A stretch of 64,000 nucleotides of DNA from Amphiscolops sp. MND2022 (taxonomy: Eukaryota): NCBI GenBank assembly GCA_964187785.1, contig OZ076409.1, positions 97,900,001-97,964,000 of the forward strand. Direction: 5' to 3'. Each line of letters starts with the position of its first letter. The first letter of the stretch is position 1. A model generated the notes under the pieces. It did no database searches. It saw only the letters and a program-made list of their open reading frames with translations, and was not told where the DNA came from. Position numbers and translations under genes: made by a program. Below, piece after piece: positions 9,363-18,400 of the stretch.

Positions 9363-9796
9363 CTCGTGGTACTAAGTTTTTAAATAATTCAAAATGTAAC
9401 TGTGGGAGGCATGATAGAACTGTTAGACCTTATGGTCATATCACACAAGGTGGAGCTCTATCCCTTCGTGGGTATTGTCGATCATGTAATGGAAAGAAAA
9501 GTCTACCCTATACACAAGAACAACTTGAACTTGAGGGGGAAGGTATAAAGAAGTTTTTTAAAAATGTGTGGAATAAGGGTTTGAAGCCATTAGGTAAGGA
9601 TGTTGGAGCAAAAATATTGAGAGATCCTATAAAAGCATTTCAAGTAGCATCTCAGGTTGGATCAGCAGTTTCATCACGCAATCCTCAGGCTATTATGAAT
9701 GCAGGATTGCAAGCGGGTCGTTTCATTACAAAAGGAGGAGCTGTTAAAATAGGTGAATTGACAAATGGAGCCGGATTGTGGCTGAAACCCAGATGA
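9359..9796 (+). CDS. Zinc ribbon + protease-cleavable amphipathic core protein
   Basis: CNCGRH...GYCRSCNGKKS, then LEGEG (adenain consensus L-x-G-x/G) and the amphipathic basic helix IKKFFKNVWNKGLKPLGK. Confidence 0.65.
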   Translation: MTRGTKFLNNSKCNCGRHDRTVRPYGHITQGGALSLRGYCRSCNGKKSLPYTQEQLELEGEGIKKFFKNVWNKGLKPLGKDVGAKILRDPIKAFQVASQVGSAVSSRNPQAIMNAGLQAGRFITKGGAVKIGELTNGAGLWLKPR

Positions 9797-9819
9797 AGTG
9801 AATTATTTTATGAAATTAA

Positions 9820-10671
9820 ATGGTGAAACAGTCTCTGATTGACACCTTCATAAATGAGATCTATTTCAGACCTCCAAAGAAAAATTATTCAACAAACAAA
9901 ACCATTGTGAAACACATTGATGATACTTGGAGTATGGATCTACTAGACATGGTTGATTATGGAGTTAAAAACAACAAAGGTTATCGATACATCTTAGTAG
10001 TTATAGACAACTTTAGTAAATTTGGATGGGTAGTGCCATTAAAAAATAAATTCGCTCAAACGATAACTGATGAAGTTTCAAACCTTATAAACGAATCAAA
10101 GAGAAAACCGAATTTAATAGAAACAGATGATGGGAAAGAATTCGTTAATAAAACCTTTAATGATTTTCTAAAACTTAATGATATTAAAAGATATAGTCGT
10201 TATACTAATAAAGGAGCAGTTTTTGCAGAAAGGTTTAATAGAACAATTAGAAACTTATTGAAAAAACCTGTTTTTGAGAAAGGTAATGCTAATTGGTTAG
10301 ACGAACTTTCATTAGTTATAAAGAAATATAATAACACCATTCATCATTCAACAAAAATGACCCCAATAGATGCTTCAAAAAGAAAAAATGAAGAGGAAAT
10401 ATATAATAATCTAGTGGACAAAAGAAACAAACGAAAACCAAAATACAAAGTAGGAGACTTTGTCAGAACAGCAGACAAAAGAAGTATTTTCTCTAAGGGT
10501 GATTCAACAAATTGGAGTTATAAACTTTACAAAATTACTGAAGTTATTGATGATAACATACCAAGCTATCATATTGATTTTTTACCTGAACGCTATAACG
10601 AAGCTTTATTGAAGAAGAGTAGATTAACGTTAGAAGAAAATGGAACTGTAATTAAAAAACTGAAAATTTAA
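9820..10671 (+). CDS. Retroviral-type (rve, DDE) integrase
   Basis: WSMDLLDM, VIDNFSKF, IETDDGKEF, AERFNRTI, YNNTIHHSTKMTP. Confidence 0.95.
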   Translation: MVKQSLIDTFINEIYFRPPKKNYSTNKTIVKHIDDTWSMDLLDMVDYGVKNNKGYRYILVVIDNFSKFGWVVPLKNKFAQTITDEVSNLINESKRKPNLIETDDGKEFVNKTFNDFLKLNDIKRYSRYTNKGAVFAERFNRTIRNLLKKPVFEKGNANWLDELSLVIKKYNNTIHHSTKMTPIDASKRKNEEEIYNNLVDKRNKRKPKYKVGDFVRTADKRSIFSKGDSTNWSYKLYKITEVIDDNIPSYHIDFLPERYNEALLKKSRLTLEENGTVIKKLKI

Positions 10672-10694
10672 TTCAAGTAAATAATATATAATAA

Positions 10695-10910
10695 ATGAAG
10701 TATATAAATAATAAATTTTATACTGAGGTTAATAATTCAAAGTATATTATCAATGATGGTAAAATTTTGAGAGAAATATCCCCCCCAAAATCATTGAAAA
10801 CAAAATATGAAGCCATGTATGGTGTTAAAGTAGATAAAAAAAATAAAACTATTATTGAATTAGATGATGGATCTCTTCAAATTATTGATTTAAAAAAAGT
10901 AAATAAATGA
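10695..10910 (+). CDS. Hypothetical protein (71 aa)
   Basis: Starts at TATATAATAAATG; ATGA overlap with the next gene. Confidence 0.55.
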   Translation: MKYINNKFYTEVNNSKYIINDGKILREISPPKSLKTKYEAMYGVKVDKKNKTIIELDDGSLQIIDLKKVNK

Positions 10911-11422
10911 ATCTTAGTATGTGTATGAGATGTAATAGAAATGCTCTAATAGAATATGAGCATGAATTCACATGTTTGGTGTGTAAATTTGATGTTATAA
11001 AACCAAAAAAACAGTTAACAAAATTTCAAAGAAAGAAAAATATCAACTTTAAAGGGAGGTTAGCATATGCAACCCCGAAAATAATAGCTATATGTATTGA
11101 AATTGACTCAATAGTAGAAACCAACGATATAGACGTTCTCGCAGCTGTCCTGACATACCTTAAACAGAAGAGATTAAATATTATAGAGGAGATCTTGAAG
11201 AAGTTTGATGATATGCCAGATGATTTTGAAACAAATCCCTTTGCAGCATCTGAGGGAATTCATAAAGCTGGAGATTATACCATTAGGATGATGAAGTGGT
11301 TGATCTCAGCTAGGTATTATGAATACATTAACTATTACGACTTGATAGCAACTACTTTAAGATATATGAAGGGGGAACAGCTCTTTGTGAGAAAAGAAGT
11401 TTTCTTCTTTATAAATGAGTGA
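10907..11422 (+). CDS. Hypothetical protein (171 aa) with N-terminal CxxC...CxxC zinc ribbon
   Basis: CMRC...CLVC; TAAATG start. Confidence 0.65.
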   Translation: MNLSMCMRCNRNALIEYEHEFTCLVCKFDVIKPKKQLTKFQRKKNINFKGRLAYATPKIIAICIEIDSIVETNDIDVLAAVLTYLKQKRLNIIEEILKKFDDMPDDFETNPFAASEGIHKAGDYTIRMMKWLISARYYEYINYYDLIATTLRYMKGEQLFVRKEVFFFINE

Positions 11423-11588
11423 TAGTGAAGGTGAAACAATTTATCCTGAAAGTGAGGTTTCTGAGGATGAATCTCTACATAGTTCAGATGAAGACTTTAT
11501 CGATGATTCGGAGAGCGAAGATGAAGACTATATCCCCCCAAAACGGAAGCGGAGAAATATAGAAATTATTATAAAAATAATTGAATAA
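11415..11588 (+). CDS. Unannotated 57-aa acidic protein with NLS
   Basis: MSDSEGETIYPESEVSEDESLHSSDEDFIDDSESEDEDYIPPKRKRRNIEIIIKIIE*; TAAATG start. Confidence 0.7.
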   Translation: MSDSEGETIYPESEVSEDESLHSSDEDFIDDSESEDEDYIPPKRKRRNIEIIIKIIE

Positions 11589-11603
11589 AAAATTATATAG
11601 TAA

Positions 11604-11873
11604 ATGAATGAAACATATCATAGGAAATATTGTGAAGCTTGTGATAAACAAGTTCACACATCATCGTTTGCAAAGCATCTGAAGTCTAAAATTCATTTAC
11701 AGAAAAATGTAGGTGTGATCCCACAAGAACCTAGAGTTCTACCAGTAGTGGAAGAACAACAAGAACCTAGAGTTCTACCAGTAGTGGAAGAACAACAACA
11801 ACCTCGAGCTCGACCTATCCCCCCAAAACGGAATCGGAGAAATATAGAAATTATTATAAAAATAGAAAAATAG
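11604..11873 (+). CDS. 89-aa C2H2 zinc-finger protein produced by local duplication
   Basis: YCEACDK...KHLKSKIHL matches the PolB N-terminus; contains a 36-bp internal tandem repeat (QEPRVLPVVEEQ x2). Confidence 0.55.
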   Translation: MNETYHRKYCEACDKQVHTSSFAKHLKSKIHLQKNVGVIPQEPRVLPVVEEQQEPRVLPVVEEQQQPRARPIPPKRNRRNIEIIIKIEK

Positions 11874-11905
11874 AAAAAACAATTGAATAAAAATTTATAT
11901 AGTAA

Positions 11906-14900
11906 ATGAACACAACGAATACCAAATATTGTGAAGTGTGTGATAAGCACATTCACTCAGCTTCCTTCTCGAGACATGAGAAATCTAAAATTCATTTACA
12001 CAATAATGGTGTTGAAACGGGAGACCCTATACAACGAAGGGCTCGATCGGTCCCAACACTAAAACAATTAGCGAGAGCTAAAGTCAAACTCTCAGAAAAA
12101 GAGTTAGCAAAACATATGCTAAACCCTTATTACTTCTCTAAAAGATATGAACCTCAATATGAGGTTAATCTCGATCAACACCACCCAAAACACTTAAATA
12201 GTAAGATAACTGTCAAACCTAAATATGATCTCCCTATTGAATTGCTCGATCTGAATAATATCTTCAAAGAAATGTCAACAATATATGCTAGGTTAATTGA
12301 GCAATACAAATTTAAATATCAAGTTGTCTTCTCAGTTATTTTCGATAAGGAGACTCAAGAAGAGTTAGAACAGTATGTTAGTTTGGAGGTCAATCAGAGT
12401 TTAACTTGGAATGATATTGAAAAGTATGATCTAGAAGGAAAAACAAATGCATTGATTGAAAATCTAGAGCTGAAAGATAGTGGTTGGAGATTATGCAAAA
12501 TAACATCGATGACCATATACTTTTATAAAACTGTTGAACTGAATGGTAGCAGTTATGTTAAAATACCTCTTAGAAGCGCTGCTATTTTAAATATTGAAAA
12601 TGATGATAAGTATTGTTTTCTATGGAGCATCTTGGCTCACCTTCATCCTTGTGGGAATTCTCACCCTAATAGAGTTTCAAACTATCGAGAATATTTTGGA
12701 GAATTGAAAACAGATGGATTGGAGTTCCCTTTTAAAACATCAGATGTTTCTAAATTTGAAAAGATGAATAATCTAGCTATTAATATATTTGAGTTACAGT
12801 TCTATCAAGAGGGGGAAAAGTGGAAACATAAATTGATTCCTATTGAGGTTAGTGAGAACAATTCAGAAACAGTGATTGATTTGGTGATATATAAAAATCA
12901 CTATGCCCTTATTAAAAAACTTCATGTATTCTTAGGAAGCAAGAACGCTAAATTTGTTTGTCGTCGATGTCTAACTTGCTTTAAAAATGAAAACGTTTTG
13001 GTGAAACATACCGAAAGATGTAAGCAACAAGATATCACAGCTATCAGAGTTAGCAAGGATAGTCATTTAATGTGGAAGAAGCACTTTCATAAGATCCCAC
13101 TATATTTCAGGATCTATGGTGATTTCGAATGTAATAATAAAAGAGAATATTCTAGCATAGGTAATAAAACCACAAACATTTTCAGACAAAATCCAATGTG
13201 TAATGGATTTTACATAGTATCTGAGATGAATGATGTTCTTCAATCTGGATGGCATCTCTCACCCTTTGGAGAGGATAATGTTGAATGGTTTGTTGATGAA
13301 GTCATAAAGATTGAGAATAAGATGAATTTCTATTTTAAGAATACAAAGAAAGAGATTATGATGACTCAAGAAGATGAGGAAGATTTCAAGAATAGTACTC
13401 ATTGTTGGTTCTGTGAACTTCCCTTAGATGGGAGAGCTGTCAGAGATCATTGTCATCTGACTGGTAGGTATAGAGGGGCTGCACATGAAAAGTGTAATAT
13501 AAATGTGAAACAGAAACAGAGTAATTTCATACCATTCATGTTTCACAACTTTAGTAACTATGATTGTCACTTGTTCTTTAAAACATTGATTGATAAAAAA
13601 TCAGATAATGTTCCCCTTCATGTCATTCCTAAGACAAATGAGGAATATATATCAATTTCATATGGTTGTATTAGATTCATAGATTCATATAGATTTTTAT
13701 CAAGTAGTTTAGATGGGTTGGTTAAAACAGTTGATGAGCTGACAATTCTGAAGAGAGAGTTTCCTGATAATTGGGAGCTGTTGAGTAAGAAGTTGGCGTA
13801 CCCATATGAATATTTTAAATCTATTGATGATTATGATTTACCAATTTCGAATCTTGAAAGAGATGATTATTTCAGTAGATTGAAAAATGGATATCCTCAA
13901 GATAGTGAGATTCAGAGAACAAATGAGATCATTGAAACTTTTAAGATTAAAACTGGAAAGGAGTTGACTGAGTTGTATTTGAAAACTGATGTTGTTTTGT
14001 TAGCAGATGTGTTTGAGAAGTTCATAAAGGTATCAATAAACGAATTTAAAATCAATCCGTTATATTGTGTTAGTCTTCCTGGATTTACTTGGGAATGTGG
14101 ATTGAAATATACTAGGATTAATTTGCAAACACTTCAAGATAAAGATATGATCTTACTGTTAGAGAATAACATTAGAGGTGGGATTTCATCTGTTATGGGG
14201 GATAGATATGTTAAATCAGATGAAAACAAAAAGATTTTATATATTGATGCTAATAATCTATATGGGTGGGCAATGAGTCAGTATTTGCCATATGATGATA
14301 TAAAATTTGATGGTAATGTTAAGTTGGAAGATATATTAGATACACCTGATGATAGTGAGGTTGGGTATTTTGTTGAAGTTGACTTGAAATATCCTGAGGG
14401 GATAAGAGAGAAGACTAAGAACTTCCCATTCTGTCCAGACAATAAGTTTTCACCTCAAGATAAGTTTACTGAGTATATGAAAAAAATGAAGCAGGATAGT
14501 TATGCTAAATGTAAAAAGTTAATATGTGATTGGACTGATAAGAAAAGGTATTTGATACATTATCGAATGTTGAAGTTTTATGTGAGACATGGTATGATTG
14601 TTGAGAAGGTTCATGAAGTGATTTCTTTTAAGCAGAGTAAGTGGTTGGAGAAGTATATTGATTTCAATACTCAGAAAAGAAATAGGACGAAAAATGATTT
14701 TGAGAAAGATTTTTACAAACTATTAAACAATGCGTTCTATGGGAAGACAATGGAGAATGTGCGAAATAGAACTAAGATCGAGTTCATTAAAAAAGATGAA
14801 GAAGAGAAGATGGTGAAGTGGCAATCTAAGTTGACGTTTAATGGAATCCATAAGTGTTATGAGAAATATGATAGTTTCACGTTTAAGATGAATGAGGTTC

Positions 14901-15481
14901 TGATGGATAAGCCAATATATCTTGGATTTAGTGTGTTAGAGTTGAGCAAGTTATTGATGTATGAAACGTACTATGATAAATTTCAACCTTACTTTGGGAA
15001 AGAGAATTTACATTGCCAATATTTTGATACCGATGCGATGGTGTTGAGTATTAAAACGAAAGATATTGTTGAAGACTTATATAATCTTAGAGATTTATTT
15101 GATTTCAGTAATTTGAATAGAGAGCATAGGTTGTTTAGTGAAGAGAATAAAAAGGTTGTTGGTAAATTTAAAATTGAAACACCGGGAAGTATTTGGATTG
15201 ATGAATTTGTTTGTTTGAGAAGTAAAGCGTATGCATATAAATGTGGTGGTGAAAGTTCTAACAGACTAAAAGGTATCTCAAAATCACAGAGTAAGAATAT
15301 AAAGTTTGAAGAATATTATAATTGTTTATTTGGGGGTGATTATCAAAGAGAATGTGAAAATTTTGTAATTAGATCTATAGATCATGATATGTTTCTTCAA
15401 AAGGTTACAAAGAATTCTTTATCTGCATTCGATGAAAAGCGATGTTATTTGAATAATATTGAGAGTATCCCTTGGATGTAA
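11906..15481 (+). CDS. polB: Protein-primed family B DNA polymerase (1191 aa)
   Basis: Exonuclease motifs YGDFEC and FHNFSNYD; RDHCH zinc insert; polymerase motifs YIDANNLYG, KLLNNAFYGK, YFDTD; upstream NDDKYCFLW...NHY resembles a vOTU-like Cys/His pair. Confidence 0.97.
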   Translation: MNTTNTKYCEVCDKHIHSASFSRHEKSKIHLHNNGVETGDPIQRRARSVPTLKQLARAKVKLSEKELAKHMLNPYYFSKRYEPQYEVNLDQHHPKHLNSKITVKPKYDLPIELLDLNNIFKEMSTIYARLIEQYKFKYQVVFSVIFDKETQEELEQYVSLEVNQSLTWNDIEKYDLEGKTNALIENLELKDSGWRLCKITSMTIYFYKTVELNGSSYVKIPLRSAAILNIENDDKYCFLWSILAHLHPCGNSHPNRVSNYREYFGELKTDGLEFPFKTSDVSKFEKMNNLAINIFELQFYQEGEKWKHKLIPIEVSENNSETVIDLVIYKNHYALIKKLHVFLGSKNAKFVCRRCLTCFKNENVLVKHTERCKQQDITAIRVSKDSHLMWKKHFHKIPLYFRIYGDFECNNKREYSSIGNKTTNIFRQNPMCNGFYIVSEMNDVLQSGWHLSPFGEDNVEWFVDEVIKIENKMNFYFKNTKKEIMMTQEDEEDFKNSTHCWFCELPLDGRAVRDHCHLTGRYRGAAHEKCNINVKQKQSNFIPFMFHNFSNYDCHLFFKTLIDKKSDNVPLHVIPKTNEEYISISYGCIRFIDSYRFLSSSLDGLVKTVDELTILKREFPDNWELLSKKLAYPYEYFKSIDDYDLPISNLERDDYFSRLKNGYPQDSEIQRTNEIIETFKIKTGKELTELYLKTDVVLLADVFEKFIKVSINEFKINPLYCVSLPGFTWECGLKYTRINLQTLQDKDMILLLENNIRGGISSVMGDRYVKSDENKKILYIDANNLYGWAMSQYLPYDDIKFDGNVKLEDILDTPDDSEVGYFVEVDLKYPEGIREKTKNFPFCPDNKFSPQDKFTEYMKKMKQDSYAKCKKLICDWTDKKRYLIHYRMLKFYVRHGMIVEKVHEVISFKQSKWLEKYIDFNTQKRNRTKNDFEKDFYKLLNNAFYGKTMENVRNRTKIEFIKKDEEEKMVKWQSKLTFNGIHKCYEKYDSFTFKMNEVLMDKPIYLGFSVLELSKLLMYETYYDKFQPYFGKENLHCQYFDTDAMVLSIKTKDIVEDLYNLRDLFDFSNLNREHRLFSEENKKVVGKFKIETPGSIWIDEFVCLRSKAYAYKCGGESSNRLKGISKSQSKNIKFEEYYNCLFGGDYQRECENFVIRSIDHDMFLQKVTKNSLSAFDEKRCYLNNIESIPWM

Positions 15482-15585
15482 TGTGAATATCCTTTAGTTT
15501 GAGTAATAACTAAATAGTATAGAAAGGGGGATTTTGATATTAATTTGAAGGGTGAGCAATTGAGTGATGGGGCGAAGCGGAGCGG

Positions 15586-15771
15586 AGTAGTGTAGGAAAG
15601 GGGAATTGACATTAGCGCGAGGTCACCATGAGTGGAGCGAAGCGAAGCGAATGGTGAAGCAAGTGGGGGAGGTTGAAGAGTGAGCAGCTGAGCGAAGCGA
15701 GGCTGTGAGCGATGAGACCGAGCCACGCTTGCGCCTTCGCGCTGGTGTCAAATCCCCTTTCCTACACTACT
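15586..15771. repeat. Polinton right terminus with an internal inverted copy
   Basis: 15586-15622 AGTAGTGTAGGAAAGGGGAATTGACATTAGCGCGAGG is a near-exact reverse complement of 15734-15771. Confidence 0.85.
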
Positions 15772-15934
15772 TAGATTTTTTGATCGCTGAAGGTTCTGAT
15801 AATTTACTTGAAGCCACTCTGGGCATATTTATGAGACTTTGTGCTTTTTGAGCCTTGTACGGGGCGCCATTTTGAGACGTTCTCGTCTTGCTTTTTGTTA
15901 AGAAGCACGATAGTGCCCCTTAGAGCTAACAAGT

Positions 15935-16253
15935 GGGGCAAGGACGTTTCGTCACCAGCCATTTGAGCGACAAAAATTTCAGCCCATTTTGGCGACAATA
16001 ATGTCGCCCAAACGTCCCGTAGACTAAATGGCCAAATATGTTCACATACCCCTAGTGCCATGTGGCCATGCCTCAATGTTGCTACTTGGCGAAGGGAGCG
16101 AAGCGACCGAGCCATACAACGAATATGCTAACCTCTTTAAATATATCAGTTAATTGATCAATTTGATCAACCCATTTGGTCGACACTTTTGTCACCCATG
16201 TGACCGACGCCATATTGTCGCCCAAATGGCTGGTGACGAAATGTCCATGACCC
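15935..16253. mobile_element. MITE with ~40-bp TIRs and an 8-9 bp TSD
   Basis: GGGGCAAGGACGTTTCGTCACCAGCCATTTGAGCGACAA ... TTGTCGCCCAAATGGCTGGTGACGAAATGTCCATGACCC; TAACAAGT on both flanks. Confidence 0.85.
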
Positions 16254-16264
16254 TAACAAGTATA

Positions 16265-16267
<3 letters not shown>

Positions 16268-16299
<32 letters not shown>
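16268..16299. repeat. (GA)n microsatellite
   Basis: About 15 AG units. Confidence 0.95.
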
Positions 16300-16303
<4 letters not shown>

Positions 16304-16439
16304 AACATTTCAAAGAGCACGACTACTAACAGTCGTTCAAGTTTCCGTTGGGGTTGGAGAAACTGCTGGAAGGAAGGTCACTGATGAGTTCGTGTCTGGA
16401 AGAACTCTGTCGAACGCCAGCCGTATTTTTGGATCTAAA

Positions 16440-16875
16440 CCAGTGTATTGTATTGTATGTACAAGAGACACGATTATACGAAACATTATGCGAAATCCAC
16501 AACTTGGTATACGAATTACTCGTTATACGAAGATGCCATACTCATACGAGTCTTACAGAGAATAGCTTTACAGTCTTTTTGCGTCGATTTCGCCGTAACG
16601 GCCTAAGGAAGTTTTTGGAAATTATGAAATTTTTGTAATGAATTTCAAATGAAATGCATCCTAAAATGGCAACAGGCTATGCGGGATACGGAAAGGGGAG
16701 TATTGTAATCCCCTTTCCTGAAGCAATTAACACTTTCCGATGGAAAATGGTCCTAAAATTGTGCTCCATGCCTTTATACGATGTAAGAGGCCAATTATAC
16801 GAATATACGATATACGAAACCTTCAATTATAGGACTACACGTTATAAGAGGAACTCAGTATACGACAGTACACGG
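16440..16875 (+). repeat. Interspersed repeat; a second copy is split by the LINE (45542-45632 and 50943-51262)
   Basis: CGATTATACGAAA...GAAGATGCCAT and GCATCCTAAAATG...GAGGAACTCAGTATACGACA are shared between loci. Confidence 0.75.
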
Positions 16876-17221
16876 ATCTCAACCAAGAAAAAAGTAAACA
16901 ACACCTGATTACAGAGTCTTGACATATGAAAACAGAATCAAGCCTATATTAGGCGAAAATTTAAAGTTCAGAAGGAGCTCGTTTTATAGCTTCGATTCAG
17001 GGTTATGCAAAGGATCCGGTCAAGTTTGGATGATCTTTTGAAGATCATAGAAAAATCATTGAAGGAAAGATTCAAAGATGATTCATAAGTAGGAGAACAA
17101 CAGATTTCCATCTCACTGCACTTACAAATCCTGAAAAATAATCACAATCAGTGTTTTTACTATTTTTACAAGTAGAATTGAACTAGTTTAGAACCTGAGA
17201 AAAACTGTGAATTAGTCTTCC

Positions 17222-17695
17222 CTTTTTAGTCGGCGCTTTTAATAATAAAAGAGCCCGACTATTACAGTCACTCGTTTTTTATTTAATTTAGGACAGACTC
17301 GAAGCGACGAACGTTAACGTTCAGTATCTTCAACTAAAGGAAACTAAAGAAATACCCCGGAAACGCATCTAAATTATTCCAAAGGGTCCCCCCTTTGGTT
17401 TTTTACTTTTTAAACGTTACCTACAAACCCGGACGGGACTAAAGGGTCCCCCTTTTGATTTTTTTTCGGCACTGTGCAATTTTTTCGGAAAATTTTTTAA
17501 TGCCTCAAATGAGTCCCCCTTTCGAGTTTTGTGATATTTTGCAACAGAATATATGTTAATAAAGCCCAAAGGGTCACCCGTCTTACATTTTCCGGCACTA
17601 TGCGACATTTTCTGAAAGTTTTTTTTCAAAAAAAATAGTCTTTTGCGCTTTTTGAGCCTCAGATATAGCGCCGACTTTAGACGTTCCCGTCTTGT
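17222..17695 (-). mobile_element. Non-autonomous Helentron/DINE-1-like element, family A
   Basis: Reverse complement of ACAAGACGGGAACGTCTAAAGTCGGCGCTATATC at one end, AGTCGG hairpin end at the other, internal GGGGGACCCTTT repeats; related copies at ~19400-20525, 23995-24583, 44281-44960 and 46279-46776. Confidence 0.6.
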
Positions 17696-18060
17696 TTGAG
17701 TTTACCGAATACCACTGGCAGTAAATTGAAGAAACATTTGATGAAATTGCATCCTATTTTTGTTTGGCACCTATCATTTCAAAGCTGACAAAATCGTCTC
17801 CGAAAAGCAATGGAATTCAAAAAATTTAGAAAAAAAATTGACAAGGAAGTGGAAAAAAACATGATTTTTAGTAGGCCGAAGAGTGAAAATGTGTTATTAA
17901 TTTATTCTATGAGATTTTTTCACATTTATTCTTTCTAAAACTTCAAGAGTACATTTCGTGTTTTATTCGGACTGAAGATGTTGATACGTCTTTTTGGTTT
18001 CCTACAATAATAATAATAATAACTGGCAGTCTTTTCACGATTTATGCTTACATCACTCAG

Positions 18061-18400
18061 ATCGAAAAATCAATTTTGAAAGAATTACATGCCGAATATG
18101 AAGAAATGTACGGTATAAAGCCGACATGCATTTTTCCAGGTGTGAACGACAATGAGTTAACTACACAGTCGGGTACAATAGCGAGCCTAATGAAGAAGTT
18201 ATTCAATATCAATGCATACATACAAGTTTCATCCGAATGCGTGTAGGAAAGTCTGGGAAACATATTACAATGAGAACGAAGAGCAAAGTCCCGTTTCTTT
18301 GCGCCAAATTGTCGAATCAAATTCAGCACATTCTGATAAATCCCGTAGTGGGCACTACGTGGCTCCGCCGACAGACGCTGATTTGCAACAGTTGTTTGAT
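18061..18400 (+). pseudogene. Tyrosine recombinase (Crypton-like) C-terminal fragment
   Basis: CIFP..., then after a frameshift FHPNACRKVWET...SAHSDKSRSGHYV, giving the R...H...Y spacing of the tyrosine recombinase C-terminal box. Confidence 0.5.

Larger units (their letters stand above)
1..15771 (+). mobile_element. Polinton/Maverick (adintovirus-like endogenous dsDNA virus); left part outside the window
   Basis: Co-oriented ATPase, minor and major capsid, adenain protease, rve integrase and protein-primed PolB; ends in ...CCTACACTACT (15761-15771), the AG...CT/ACTACT type of Polinton terminus. Confidence 0.95.

Noticed and set aside
614..11956. Minus-strand ORFs within the Polinton (e.g. 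3873-4148, 5864-6100, 7275-7679)
   Set aside because: Antisense shadows of recognisable + genes with no motifs of their own.
15445..16115. ORFs 15445-15726 and 15804-16115
   Set aside because: Translations of GC-rich terminal repeat and MITE sequence.
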